The notes: generated by a model from the letters alone, not told the origin. A stretch of DNA of 64,000 bases from Candidatus Poribacteria bacterium (GCA_965205025.1 CBDBFU010000011.1:96001-160000), one strand, 5' to 3'; counted from the first letter of the stretch, positions 37,449 through 47,521 are shown. Made by a program: numbers and translations.

Positions 37449-38834
37449 TTATAGATTATATCCACGTTCGTTGTGCTGTGATAGATCAAGCCCCATCATT
37501 TCGTCATCGCCCTCAACGCGTAATCCAACAATAGCGTCAACGATTTTTAGGATTATAAACGATAGTATTCCACTCCAAATAATGGTTATGATAATACTGA
37601 GTAATTGTGCCCAGACTTGTTGTCCTATTGAGATACCTTCGGTTAAACCAGCACCGCCTAAAGCTGCATCAGCACATATTCCTGTCAATACAGCACCTAC
37701 TATCCCACCGATACCGTGTACACCAAATGCATCTAACGAGTCATCATACCCAAGTTTTGCTTTTAAAGTTGTAGCACCCCAGAAACAAATAGCTCCTGAG
37801 AGGAATCCTATTATCAGTGCACCGATCGGTCCAGCAGTTCCTGAAGCAGGGGTTATTGCAACCAATCCGGCAACTGCACCAGTGACTATACCTAATACAC
37901 TGGGTTTACCGTGTTTAATCCATTCAATAAACATCCAAGTGATTGCAGCGGTGGCAGTAGAAACTTGTGTAACAAGTAGTGCCATTCCAGCAGTACCATC
38001 TGCAGCCAATTCACTTCCAGCATTAAAACCGAACCAACCTACCCAAAGCATTGATGCCCCAACAACAGTAAGAGTTAAACTGTGTGGTGGCATGGCTGTA
38101 GTTTGATATCCGATTCTTTTTCCAACTAAAATTGCTGCTACTAATGCTGCAATTCCTGCATTAATATGGACAACTGTACCACCTGCAAAATCAAGAGCAC
38201 CAATTATGTCTCCAAATAGTGAACCATCACCTGACCATGCCATATGGCAAAGTGGAGCATAGACGATAATTGACCATAGAATCGAAAAGATCAACATTGC
38301 TGAAAACTTCATCCGTTCTGCAAAAGCACCAGCAATCAAGGCTGGTGTAATAATAGCAAAAGTCAACTGGAATGCAAGAAAAACTGTTTCAGGTATAGTT
38401 CCATGTAAACTGTCAACATTAACCCCAGTCAGGAATATTTTATCCAATCCTCCAATAAATGAGTTGAATGTAATTTTCCCTGCTTCCATACCAGCAGTGC
38501 TAAAGGCTAAACTGTAACCACAGATGATCCACAATACAGTGATGATTCCTGTCAAAGCAAAACACTGCATGAGAACTGAGAGTACATTCTGTACACGTAC
38601 AAGTCCACCATAAAATAATGCAAGTCCTGGTATCGTCATAAATAACACAAGTGCGGTTGCGGTTATCATCCAAGCAGTATCCCCTGAGTTGAGTTCGGAC
38701 GTTGCTTCCGCAGTAGTTTCCTGTGCAAATAAAAGGTTGGGTAATCCTGTAAATAAGAATATTAGAACTAAAGCACCAATTATAGTGTAACTAATACGTT
38801 TCCTTGTAAATTGCGATGCACATCGTTGTTGCAT
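37449..38834 (-). CDS. amtB: Ammonium transporter, AmtB-type
   Basis: GDTAW, FQ/FAIIT..AERM, DFAGGTVVHINAG, WFGFNAGS, DDSLDAFGVHG (both pore His present). Confidence 0.96.
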   Translation of the reverse strand: MQQRCASQFTRKRISYTIIGALVLIFLFTGLPNLLFAQETTAEATSELNSGDTAWMITATALVLFMTIPGLALFYGGLVRVQNVLSVLMQCFALTGIITVLWIICGYSLAFSTAGMEAGKITFNSFIGGLDKIFLTGVNVDSLHGTIPETVFLAFQLTFAIITPALIAGAFAERMKFSAMLIFSILWSIIVYAPLCHMAWSGDGSLFGDIIGALDFAGGTVVHINAGIAALVAAILVGKRIGYQTTAMPPHSLTLTVVGASMLWVGWFGFNAGSELAADGTAGMALLVTQVSTATAAITWMFIEWIKHGKPSVLGIVTGAVAGLVAITPASGTAGPIGALIIGFLSGAICFWGATTLKAKLGYDDSLDAFGVHGIGGIVGAVLTGICADAALGGAGLTEGISIGQQVWAQLLSIIITIIWSGILSFIILKIVDAIVGLRVEGDDEMMGLDLSQHNERGYNL

Positions 38835-38986
38835 CTGTTCCTCCTTAGTAGAAACAAGTTTGAGTAACTTGTTTAGTAATAACTGTATGGCAGACTTAAT
38901 TGTCTACCTTAGGTTTTAATATTATACTTGAAATTCTTAGAACTATATCTATAGGTATTGATGTACTTATTGAGTAATGATTTGGA

Positions 38987-39015
38987 ATTTTAGCAGAATA
39001 ACATTCAGGTATCAA
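38987..39015 (-). promoter_or_regulatory. Sigma-70-like promoter for amtB
   Basis: TTGATA-N17-TAAAAT on the minus strand. Confidence 0.45.
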
Positions 39016-39051
39016 GTAATATGACCAATTGATGTGGTGTTTATACCTAAC

Positions 39052-39125
39052 AGGAATAGGAACGACTACAGACTCCGAAGTAAACCCAGGGATAAGTTTA
39101 TCTTCCTGCAGACGTCCCTATTCTT
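39052..39125 (-). other. Long imperfect stem-loop between the two amt genes
   Basis: GAATAGGGACG...CGTTCCTATTC outer stem with inner CTGCAG/CTGTAG and GAAGATAAAC/GTTTACTTC pairings. Confidence 0.5.
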
Positions 39126-39164
39126 AATTATCCTTCCAAATTGGAAGGTATTTGCAGAATTAAT

Positions 39165-40547
39165 CTATCTTATAGATGAAACATTGAAGTCTGGATAGGC
39201 ATTGGCACCGTGTTCACCATAATCAAGTCCTTCCATTTCTTCCTCTTCTGTAACACGTAAACCAGTCACTGCTTTAATACCATAGAAGAGAATGAATCCT
39301 GTAACCAGACACCATACAAATACCGCTACAACACCAACTATTTGTGCCCAGAGGAATCCGAAACCACCCCCAAAGATAATGCCTTGTTCACTATGGAAGA
39401 AACCGAGTAGGATGGTTCCTAATGCACCACATGTTCCGTGAACAGAAATCGCACCAACTGGGTCATCAATACGTAGGTTTTCAAGTAGAAGCACACTGAG
39501 GACAACGACGATGCCACCTAAAGCACCAATTATGAATGCCGAAGAAGGACTAACGAACGCACATCCAGCTGTAATTGCTACGAGACCGGCAAGGGCACCA
39601 TTTAGTGCCATACCTGCATCCGGTTTACCAAGAAAAATCCAAGCTGTAATCATAGCAGTAATAGCACCTGCAGCGGCGGCTATGTTAGTGGTAATTGCAA
39701 TTAGAGAAATATCTGCAGCGTCTGCCCCCATCTGACTGCCGGGGTTGAATCCAAACCATCCTAACCAGAGAATGAACACACCGAGTGCTGCTAACGGTAG
39801 ATTATGACCAGCAATAGGTCTGGGTTTTCCTTCGTTATCATACTTACCAAGTCGGGGACCTAAGACAATAGCACCAGTCAAGGCAAGCCATCCCCCAGTA
39901 GAGTGTACGACAGTCGAACCCGCAAAATCGAGCATACCATCACCGAAACTTGACAGCCATCCACCACCCCAAATCCAATGACCAACGATAGGATAAATTA
40001 GACCAGTAATAAAGACACTATATATTAAATAACTCTTAAATTGTGTTCTTTCAGCCATAGCTCCAGAGACAATTGTTGCGGCAGTTGCTGCAAATACCAA
40101 TTGGAAAAGCCATGCTGCATAGGTTGGAACTGAACTCCATTCTAAAGAACTAAAAACACTAGTACTTGTATCTGCTCCTGCTGTTAAAGATTCAGAAGGA
40201 ACAAACCACCCACTCGTCCCCATAAAAGCATTGCCTGCACCAAACATTATGGCGAACCCGATTGCCCAATAGGCGATGGAACCCATAGAAAAATCCATTA
40301 GGTTTTTCATAAGGATGTTTACAGCATTTTTTGCACGTGTGAAACCCGATTCCACCATTGCGAATCCTGCCTGCATGAAGAAAACAAGAAACGCAGCGAC
40401 AAGCACCCAAAGCGTATCACCCATGTATTTTGAATCCTCAACCTTTTCGAGTTTGCCATCAGAATCGACTAAACCGTTTAGGGCAAAGGCGTTAAGACTC
40501 AATAAACATGTTAAGGTAAGAACCGTAATGATTATCCGTTTATTCAT
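39165..40547 (-). CDS. amt: Ammonium transporter, Amt1-type
   Basis: FFMQAGFAMVESG, KNAVNILMKN, DFAGSTVVH, WFGFNPGS, DDPVGAISVHG; start MNKR follows AAGGAG. Confidence 0.95.
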   Translation of the reverse strand: MNKRIIITVLTLTCLLSLNAFALNGLVDSDGKLEKVEDSKYMGDTLWVLVAAFLVFFMQAGFAMVESGFTRAKNAVNILMKNLMDFSMGSIAYWAIGFAIMFGAGNAFMGTSGWFVPSESLTAGADTSTSVFSSLEWSSVPTYAAWLFQLVFAATAATIVSGAMAERTQFKSYLIYSVFITGLIYPIVGHWIWGGGWLSSFGDGMLDFAGSTVVHSTGGWLALTGAIVLGPRLGKYDNEGKPRPIAGHNLPLAALGVFILWLGWFGFNPGSQMGADAADISLIAITTNIAAAAGAITAMITAWIFLGKPDAGMALNGALAGLVAITAGCAFVSPSSAFIIGALGGIVVVLSVLLLENLRIDDPVGAISVHGTCGALGTILLGFFHSEQGIIFGGGFGFLWAQIVGVVAVFVWCLVTGFILFYGIKAVTGLRVTEEEEMEGLDYGEHGANAYPDFNVSSIR

Positions 40548-40696
40548 TTGAAATAGATCTCCTTTTAACATCCAACTTTCTTCATAGACAGAGGAAATAT
40601 GACCACATACGATAATCATGAACCATTGTATTCTTGAAGTTCGCGAATCAAGGTTCATGTATTTTCTTGATTCGCGATGGACTAACTAATTACACC

Positions 40697-41407
40697 TTAC
40701 CAAGTACGAAGGAAGGTCATTCTTCCTGTAAGTCCAGATTCTTCGTCTTCTTTCTGTGTTTCAAAACCACCAAAGATTCCAAGTGTATTGTTTTCACCGT
40801 ATCCCAGATTCAGACGCAAACCAACAGCCAAACTTCCAAGACCACTCTCATCACCTAAATCAATAGTAGCTTCGACTTGAGGACCAATAGCCACGGTATC
40901 GCTAAGTGAATATGTGATAAAATCACGTGTGTAAAGCGAATCAGCGGCTTCTTCATCAAAAGGGGTATTGAAGAATCCTTGGATCCAAGATTCAAAATAA
41001 ATGGAACCTGCACTTAGAATTGTAAAAAGTTGAGGAGCAATAAGTGATGATGGTCCGTTTGGTGTTGCATAATCAAATCCGATACCAACCATTGGAGTAA
41101 AACTGAGTGACAATGAATCACTTTCAACAGCGGTAAGTGCCAATCCAAGATCAAACTCCCCAAAGGTATCAACAACATAAATATCACTTGCGATTGAAAG
41201 ACCACCCAAGGAATGGGTTGCCCCAAACCAAATTTGTGTCCCTAAACTATCTGTATCAGTACGGAACCAACCATCTATACTTGACTCTTCCATTTCCATC
41301 TCTTCACCTGCCCCATGAGCATCAGCAAAAACGATAGGAACGGATGTTACTGCGAGAATACAAACTATTGATAATAATTGAACTAACCATAATCCTTTAA
41401 TCTTCAT
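40697..41407 (-). CDS. Uncharacterised exported beta-barrel-like protein (putative outer-membrane channel), paralog 1
   Basis: Signal peptide (VFA|DAH), alternating amphipathic strands, C-terminal TFLRTW. Confidence 0.6.
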   Translation of the reverse strand: MKIKGLWLVQLLSIVCILAVTSVPIVFADAHGAGEEMEMEESSIDGWFRTDTDSLGTQIWFGATHSLGGLSIASDIYVVDTFGEFDLGLALTAVESDSLSLSFTPMVGIGFDYATPNGPSSLIAPQLFTILSAGSIYFESWIQGFFNTPFDEEAADSLYTRDFITYSLSDTVAIGPQVEATIDLGDESGLGSLAVGLRLNLGYGENNTLGIFGGFETQKEDEESGLTGRMTFLRTW

Positions 41408-41543
41408 TAGAATCTCCTTAGTATTTTCGATTCAAACTTTTTACGAGCATATTGAAATCATCTATGTCAGTCATTGAAACTATTCTTGATTCCGACATCA
41501 TCTTGTGATAGAATCTGTGCTTAGTTGCACTATAGTGCTTTGA

Positions 41544-41559
41544 AGCAATATACGTGCCA
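41544..41559 (-). promoter_or_regulatory. Sigma-54 (-24/-12) promoter
   Basis: Minus strand TGGCACG-TATA-TTGCT, an exact TGGCACG-N4-TTGCW match, upstream of the barrel-amt genes. Confidence 0.8.
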
Positions 41560-41722
41560 ATTACTTAAAATCCATTTATTATATCTATTGTTATCCTCTT
41601 CAAACTCCTATCAACCTAAGACACCTTATAGTTAAATCCCTTTAATGACTATCTATGATAGATTTTATGTGTGAAATAATTGGATTTTATTCTGTACCTA
41701 TTGTAGTAAAATCAGGTTAAAA

Positions 41723-43141
41723 ATGCTGAAAATTTCATCAGAAAACTGCCTAAAAAATAAGCATATAATACTAATAATTATAGTCTTTATTGGAGCATTT
41801 TTACGATTTTGGAATCTTGGAAACTGGAGTTTTTGGATTGATGAAGTTCTTACTGTACTTGATTCTAAAGAAATCTCTCTAAATAATTCTCCCATAAATC
41901 CAATTCCATATTTTGCAACAAAATTCTCAGTTTATATTAGTGATAAGCTATCATTCCTATTAGGTGGGAGTGAGGAATGGAAATACAGGTTTATCTTTTG
42001 CATTGCAGGTATACTTTCTTTATGGGTTATTTTTTATCTTGCACAGACCTTATATGATAAGAAAGTTGGAGTACTTGCTGCCTTATTTGTTTCGTTATCT
42101 AATTGGCATATATTCTGGTCTCAGAATACCCGTTCATATATATTTACATTTTTTTTTGGGGCATTGACTGCATGGTTTTTCTATAGGTCGTTTGAGAAAG
42201 ATTCCTTACTATTAACAATAAGTGCGTTGCTTTCTTGTGTTTGCCTGATCCTGTCACATCTTCTTGCAGCTGCAATTATACCAGCGTTAGCAGTCTATTC
42301 AATTTCTCTTCTGTTAGAAAATAGAAGTCGTAGACGAATCATCAACCTTCTTATTTTTTTTATTCCTTTTACTCTCCCGCTATTTTTACTATTAATTCCG
42401 TATATACGAAGCCATTTATTTTCTGGTTGGGGACATAATGAATGGGGTCGGAGTCCATTTTATATTATACTAACTCTGGTACAAGGGGTCACAATACCTA
42501 TAGCAGTTACAGCTTTCATCTCTGGTCTTGTTAGTCGAAAAGATAAACCTACCCGCTTTTTACTCTGTTTTGCTGTTATACCGCTTATTCTGCTAATTGT
42601 AGCATCGCAGTTTCAGAATGTGGCTGGTTATTATCTGTTTTGGTCAACACCTGCATATTTTATACTCTCTGCATTTGTTTGTATTCACCTATGGGGTGTA
42701 ATAGGTGACAATAGGCATATCTTATTAAAGTCTCTACTCCCGTTAGTATTAATTATGGGACTTGTATCGCAGGATTATCTGTATTTTAAGTATGAGAACG
42801 GAGGGAGACCAAAATGGAGGGAATCCTTTAATTACCTTGAATTACAAATGGATGCAGAAGATAGGGTAGTACTTTCAGAACCACGGATGGGTGAGTTTTA
42901 TCTGCCAGAAATGGAGCAAGTTTACATAGGAGAATTGATAAAGGATAAGGAGGATTTTGAAGAAAGAGTTGCATCAAATAAGAACCGTTGGTGGTTTCTT
43001 GTGGATGTCGCAAGTTTTAACGTTTTTGATGCGGATCAGAAAATTAGAAATTGGATAAGTAGACGTTGTCGTATGGTACATTCTGTGCCAGCATTCTCTC
43101 GTGCAAAAGATAGAACTATTCATATTTATCTATATGAATAG
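41723..43141 (+). CDS. GT-C fold membrane glycosyltransferase (GT39/ArnT/PMT-like)
   Basis: LRFWNLG..SFWIDE, multiple TM segments, SQNTRSY. Confidence 0.82.
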   Translation: MLKISSENCLKNKHIILIIIVFIGAFLRFWNLGNWSFWIDEVLTVLDSKEISLNNSPINPIPYFATKFSVYISDKLSFLLGGSEEWKYRFIFCIAGILSLWVIFYLAQTLYDKKVGVLAALFVSLSNWHIFWSQNTRSYIFTFFFGALTAWFFYRSFEKDSLLLTISALLSCVCLILSHLLAAAIIPALAVYSISLLLENRSRRRIINLLIFFIPFTLPLFLLLIPYIRSHLFSGWGHNEWGRSPFYIILTLVQGVTIPIAVTAFISGLVSRKDKPTRFLLCFAVIPLILLIVASQFQNVAGYYLFWSTPAYFILSAFVCIHLWGVIGDNRHILLKSLLPLVLIMGLVSQDYLYFKYENGGRPKWRESFNYLELQMDAEDRVVLSEPRMGEFYLPEMEQVYIGELIKDKEDFEERVASNKNRWWFLVDVASFNVFDADQKIRNWISRRCRMVHSVPAFSRAKDRTIHIYLYE

Positions 43142-43154
43142 TTCAGTAAGAATA

Positions 43155-43180
43155 TAGGCGTGGACAGATTCCACACCTAT
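43155..43180. terminator. Hairpin between convergent genes
   Basis: ATAGGCGTGGA-CAGAT-TCCACACCTAT. Confidence 0.55.
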
Positions 43181-43188
43181 ATCGTAGA

Positions 43189-43923
43189 TTACCATCTCCG
43201 AGTAAAATTCATTCTACCGGTAAGTCCGGTTTCATCTTCCATCTTTTCAGTCTCATATCCAACATATATACCGAGTGTATTATTCTCACCATAATTAAGG
43301 TTCAGACGCCCTCCAAAATTTAGAGCCCATAGTCCACCTTCATCACCGAGCCCCATCACTGTTTCAAACTGTGGACCAACAGCCACTATATCGCTTATAG
43401 CATATGTAATGTAAGTCCGGTTGTAAACTTCATTCAAGCTTTGGTCATCAAATATGGTTTTGAATGTGCTGATTGTCCAATGGAAACCAAAGATTTTACC
43501 AGCAGGTAGGATAGCGAAGAATTGTGGGTATAAAGCATAAGGTCCATCTGAGTTGGCATAATTAAACCCAACACCGAGCATTGGTGTTAACAGAAGTGCC
43601 ATGCTGTCATTTGCGATTACAGGGAATGTAATACCCATATCATATTCACCCAAAAACTGCCGTGAACCATCGGGTCCAGGATTACCATTCACATAGATAT
43701 TTGAATCAAATGAAATACCGCCGCCGAGTGGATGACTGGCACCAATTAGAAAATAGGGACCTAAACTATCCACATCGATCTGGAACCATCCAGTAATCTT
43801 CGGTTTTTCTTCCATTGCTTCCTCTTTGGCTTCATGACCATCTGCAAATGCACCAGTCCAACCAACTAATACCATACCTATGATTAAACAATAAGTCACA
43901 AAACGAAATCTGTAAAATTGCAT
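43189..43923 (-). CDS. Uncharacterised exported beta-barrel-like protein, paralog 2
   Basis: Collinear with 40697..41407 (GWF..D.DSLG, TPM.G.GF, GPQ.E, YGENNTLGI, GLTGRM.F.R.W); start MQFY follows AAGGAG. Confidence 0.6.
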   Translation of the reverse strand: MQFYRFRFVTYCLIIGMVLVGWTGAFADGHEAKEEAMEEKPKITGWFQIDVDSLGPYFLIGASHPLGGGISFDSNIYVNGNPGPDGSRQFLGEYDMGITFPVIANDSMALLLTPMLGVGFNYANSDGPYALYPQFFAILPAGKIFGFHWTISTFKTIFDDQSLNEVYNRTYITYAISDIVAVGPQFETVMGLGDEGGLWALNFGGRLNLNYGENNTLGIYVGYETEKMEDETGLTGRMNFTRRW

Positions 43924-44039
43924 CAATTTCTCCTTTACTTTTGACACATTATTTTTGTATATTCATTCAGGTAACAGATAAAATAATGTAAATAAGTTAT
44001 CTACTACCATTTCAAGAGTATATATAACAATCGAAATAA

Positions 44040-44738
44040 TCAGTTTGAGTATTTCGCTTTTCTAACCTGATCCATTAAACGAATAAGTTTTCCATTATCC
44101 TTGACACCTTTACTTGCTTCAACACCAGAACACAAATCAATTCCGTATGGATTCATTGTTTCAATAGCATTCTTAACATTCTCAGGCCGTATTCCACCAG
44201 CAAAAAATACAGGTATAGGACTACCATTAATTAATTCAGATGCCAGTTCCCAATCACACGTTTTGCCTGTACCACCATATCGATGGGGTGTCTGACTTGT
44301 ATCCACAGTATCAAATAAGAGATAATCCGCGCCAGCATTTGAATATGCTTCCATCTGATCATGTATCATAGATTTATCTACACTGCTAGGATCACCAGCA
44401 GGTAAATAAACTGATTTCCATAGTTGACAAGACACCATTTTTCTTAGTTCTTCAACTTGTGAAGCTGTTTCTTGTCCGAGAAGTTGTAGTGCAAACGGTT
44501 GAATTTGGTTAACAGACTCTTGTATATCTATTGTAGTCCTATTATATAATAACAATACAGTTGGTATCGGACTATTATTAGCGATTCTTTTAGCCTGATT
44601 GACCTTCAGTGACCGTTCAGAAGATGCAACATCAACCAAGATTCCTACATAATCTGCTCCAGCATTCTTAGCAAGAGAAGCGTCATGTACTGATGTTATA
44701 CCACAGATCTTAACTTTACATCTACTTGTTTTAGACAT
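44040..44738 (-). CDS. trpF: Phosphoribosylanthranilate isomerase
   Basis: KVKICGIT, GGTGKTCDW, AGGIRPENV, GIDLCSGVE..KG.KD. Confidence 0.85.
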   Translation of the reverse strand: MSKTSRCKVKICGITSVHDASLAKNAGADYVGILVDVASSERSLKVNQAKRIANNSPIPTVLLLYNRTTIDIQESVNQIQPFALQLLGQETASQVEELRKMVSCQLWKSVYLPAGDPSSVDKSMIHDQMEAYSNAGADYLLFDTVDTSQTPHRYGGTGKTCDWELASELINGSPIPVFFAGGIRPENVKNAIETMNPYGIDLCSGVEASKGVKDNGKLIRLMDQVRKAKYSN

Positions 44739-44779
44739 AATTAATTACGTGTTTTGGATTATTTATAGATTGTCATAGA

Positions 44780-45142
44780 CTATTCATCACAGAAAACAGT
44801 CTGTCTATCAGCATCAGAATAGCAAATAATCATTGTTACTGGTTGCCATCCAGTATTTACAGCATTATGTTTAATATTTCGTGGTATACGCAACATCATA
44901 CCTTGTCTTAGAGGTATGATTTCATCACCCAATTTGTGGTCACATTGACCAGATAGGACATAGATGAGTTCCTCACAATTCGGATGGTAGTGTGTTGGAT
45001 TTCCCTCACCTGCGTTAATATAGACAATACCGAATGTCATCTCTGCATCAGGATCAATTTGGTCATTACATAACCATTTGATTGCACCCCATGGAAAATC
45101 CAATGCATCTTGTTCATTGCTATTTGTAAGGGTAATCTCCAT
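44780..45142 (-). CDS. Cupin domain protein
   Basis: HYHPNCEELIYVLSG...IPRNIKH..N. Confidence 0.88.
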   Translation of the reverse strand: MEITLTNSNEQDALDFPWGAIKWLCNDQIDPDAEMTFGIVYINAGEGNPTHYHPNCEELIYVLSGQCDHKLGDEIIPLRQGMMLRIPRNIKHNAVNTGWQPVTMIICYSDADRQTVFCDE

Positions 45143-45170
45143 TCCACTCTCCTTTCTGATAATTCTATAT

Positions 45171-46013
45171 TTAATCATCTAAATATATACAAGTCAAACT
45201 TCGTTCAGCATAGGTTTTTAATCCATCCAATGGGAATTCATGCAGATACCCAACTGGGGAACATACCACTCTAAGATTATTAATCATTTTATCAACAGTT
45301 TCATGTAAATGACCGAAAAAAACATGTGTTACAAGTGATTCTTGTGAACATATTTCTCCTAATCCTTCACTTCCCATAAAAGCGTGAAAATAATCAGAGG
45401 ACAAATCACCACGGTATCGCATACATTGTCGAAAAGGCACATGATGTGAGACAACTGCAATTCTCTCAACCTTATTTTCTATAGAGGTTATATGACTTGA
45501 AAGATGATCCTCAAATCTTTTTGCAACCGTTTGATCAGTATCCTCCCATTTTGCGTATCGTTTATCATTCCAGATTTTTCCTTTTAATTGTTTTTTCTCA
45601 TATTGTTCTGTAGTAACATTGAATTCTTCAGAGGCAAAGGAATAGTCGTACCAACCTATAGTTCCACAGAACCCAATGTTATCTTCAATATATGGTTTAT
45701 CAATTAAGGAGTGGAAACCATGATCCTGACAGATTTCAGAAATAATTCCGCATTTCTGTGTACTGGTCATCTTTGCATTTTCATTCACCCAAATGTCATG
45801 ATTTCCCGGAACGAATAACTTACGACATTGTAATTGCGTCTGATTAAATTGATCTAAAATATCGTAGAATTCAGTTAAACTTGATGTTATATCCCCTGCG
45901 AGAATAAAAGCGTCAAGTTCTGCAGCTTCAATTGCAGAGATAAGAAATGGAATTAAATCTTTGTTTGCTTGTGTTGCATCGGTATGTAGGTCAGAAACCA
46001 ATCCAATTTTCAT
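45171..46013 (-). CDS. Calcineurin-like metallophosphoesterase
   Basis: SDLH, AGD, PGNHD, HHVP, GHLH. Confidence 0.9.
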   Translation of the reverse strand: MKIGLVSDLHTDATQANKDLIPFLISAIEAAELDAFILAGDITSSLTEFYDILDQFNQTQLQCRKLFVPGNHDIWVNENAKMTSTQKCGIISEICQDHGFHSLIDKPYIEDNIGFCGTIGWYDYSFASEEFNVTTEQYEKKQLKGKIWNDKRYAKWEDTDQTVAKRFEDHLSSHITSIENKVERIAVVSHHVPFRQCMRYRGDLSSDYFHAFMGSEGLGEICSQESLVTHVFFGHLHETVDKMINNLRVVCSPVGYLHEFPLDGLKTYAERSLTCIYLDD

Positions 46014-46081
46014 TTCACATGTTTGAAATAACGAACCCTCAGCATGACACTATACTCTATAGTCAAGATACTCTTATTCGG

Positions 46082-47521
46082 TTAGTTCTGTAATTCATTA
46101 TTATCCTGAAATGACAAGCTGTTGAATACCTCATCCAGGAATATACGAATTGCAGAATCATCTTCTTGAAAACGATCACGTTGCCGTTCAAGCGCAGTTA
46201 TGGAGGGTTTATCACCTATTTTTGCTATTGCGTCTACGAGAGTTAGTTGTATTGCAGGATCAACAGTTGAATCCAAAGTTTTAATCAGAAAATCTCGTGC
46301 GATTTGACCACCTATTGTTCCCAAAGAAGAAACAATAATATTTTTCCCAGCATCGTCTGCTTCATTATATACAGAAATGAGAGTGTCAACTGATGGATCT
46401 CCAATCCGACTCAACCCTAATCCTGCTTGGAAACGTATGCCGGGTATTTCGTTGTCATCTATTAGTACATTTATAAGAGGTTGAATAGAGGTCTCTGGTT
46501 TTAAAATTCCTATAATTGATAGGCATGCTCTACGTATTTCTTGATCTGGTTCTTTAGATAGTTGTATGTGTTTTTCTGCCACCTCAACAAGTGACCCATC
46601 ATTTACTTGTTTGAATAACTGATCTGATCTTCGCCGAAATTGTATACCAAATGGAGCTTGAAGAGTCGCAGTTTTTGCAGTTTGATCAATCATCAAGAGT
46701 CCAAGGATTTCAGCTGATTCACGTAGTTTGGGGTCAAGACTATCAGTCGGTAATTGATTTACATTCTGTTCTCTATATTTTGCGAAAAGAGGATTGAGAC
46801 CACTTAAAATTACAAGTCTTTCAAGGCTTTTTACTGCAGATTTCCTTAAAGACAATTCAGGATTATTTACTAATACATCAATTAAAGGGTTTACTGCTCT
46901 TGCATCACCTAAATTTCCAAGTGCAGTCACAGAGGCAATTTTCACACCGATCAATTCTGAAGTCCTGAACTTCAGTTCAGAATTGATCTTAGCAAATTCA
47001 GTGATTGACTTTTTATAATCTGCCAGACTGAAGATTTTTCTCTCATCTTCAATCTTTTCTATTATATCACCAACTTGAATGTCAGGATTATTAGAAGCCG
47101 GTGTCCCCGGTATTATATTCTTGATTCGAACAGTATCCCTACCTTCTACCTCAATGCCAACTTTATCACCGATCTGTCGTATAGCAATTCGAATTGGTGG
47201 TTTTTCTTTGATATATAGAAGTAAATTGTTGTCTTTAGCAATTGCTTTTTTTATTGCTCGTTTGAAGTCTGCTGTACTATTGATTGGATACTCACCAATG
47301 ATATAGGAAATTAGTTCTCCTTGTACTAGATCTGCTTTATTTGCAGGTCCATTCTGTTTGATATTCTTTACAACCACACCACTTGTAGACCATCGGTTTT
47401 CAAGATCTCTATCAAGTTGCTGGACTTCCATTTTTGAATAATCATCATAGTAAGTGTTTTCACAACCTACTATCAAGAGAAGTGAAACAAAATACAAAAT
47501 TATAGGTGTATACCTATGCAT
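46082..47521 (-). CDS. Lipoprotein with two PDZ-like domains and HEAT repeats
   Basis: LLIVGC lipobox; GPANKADL..GE and GTPA...IQVGDII PDZ segments; ALGNLGDARAV and AIAKIGD HEAT repeats. Confidence 0.72.
   Translation of the reverse strand: MHRYTPIILYFVSLLLIVGCENTYYDDYSKMEVQQLDRDLENRWSTSGVVVKNIKQNGPANKADLVQGELISYIIGEYPINSTADFKRAIKKAIAKDNNLLLYIKEKPPIRIAIRQIGDKVGIEVEGRDTVRIKNIIPGTPASNNPDIQVGDIIEKIEDERKIFSLADYKKSITEFAKINSELKFRTSELIGVKIASVTALGNLGDARAVNPLIDVLVNNPELSLRKSAVKSLERLVILSGLNPLFAKYREQNVNQLPTDSLDPKLRESAEILGLLMIDQTAKTATLQAPFGIQFRRRSDQLFKQVNDGSLVEVAEKHIQLSKEPDQEIRRACLSIIGILKPETSIQPLINVLIDDNEIPGIRFQAGLGLSRIGDPSVDTLISVYNEADDAGKNIIVSSLGTIGGQIARDFLIKTLDSTVDPAIQLTLVDAIAKIGDKPSITALERQRDRFQEDDSAIRIFLDEVFNSLSFQDNNELQN

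Noticed and set aside
37471-38106. Long antisense ORFs (also 1628..2104, 7776..8261, 14274..14630)
   Set aside because: Shadow frames of well-supported genes on the opposite strand
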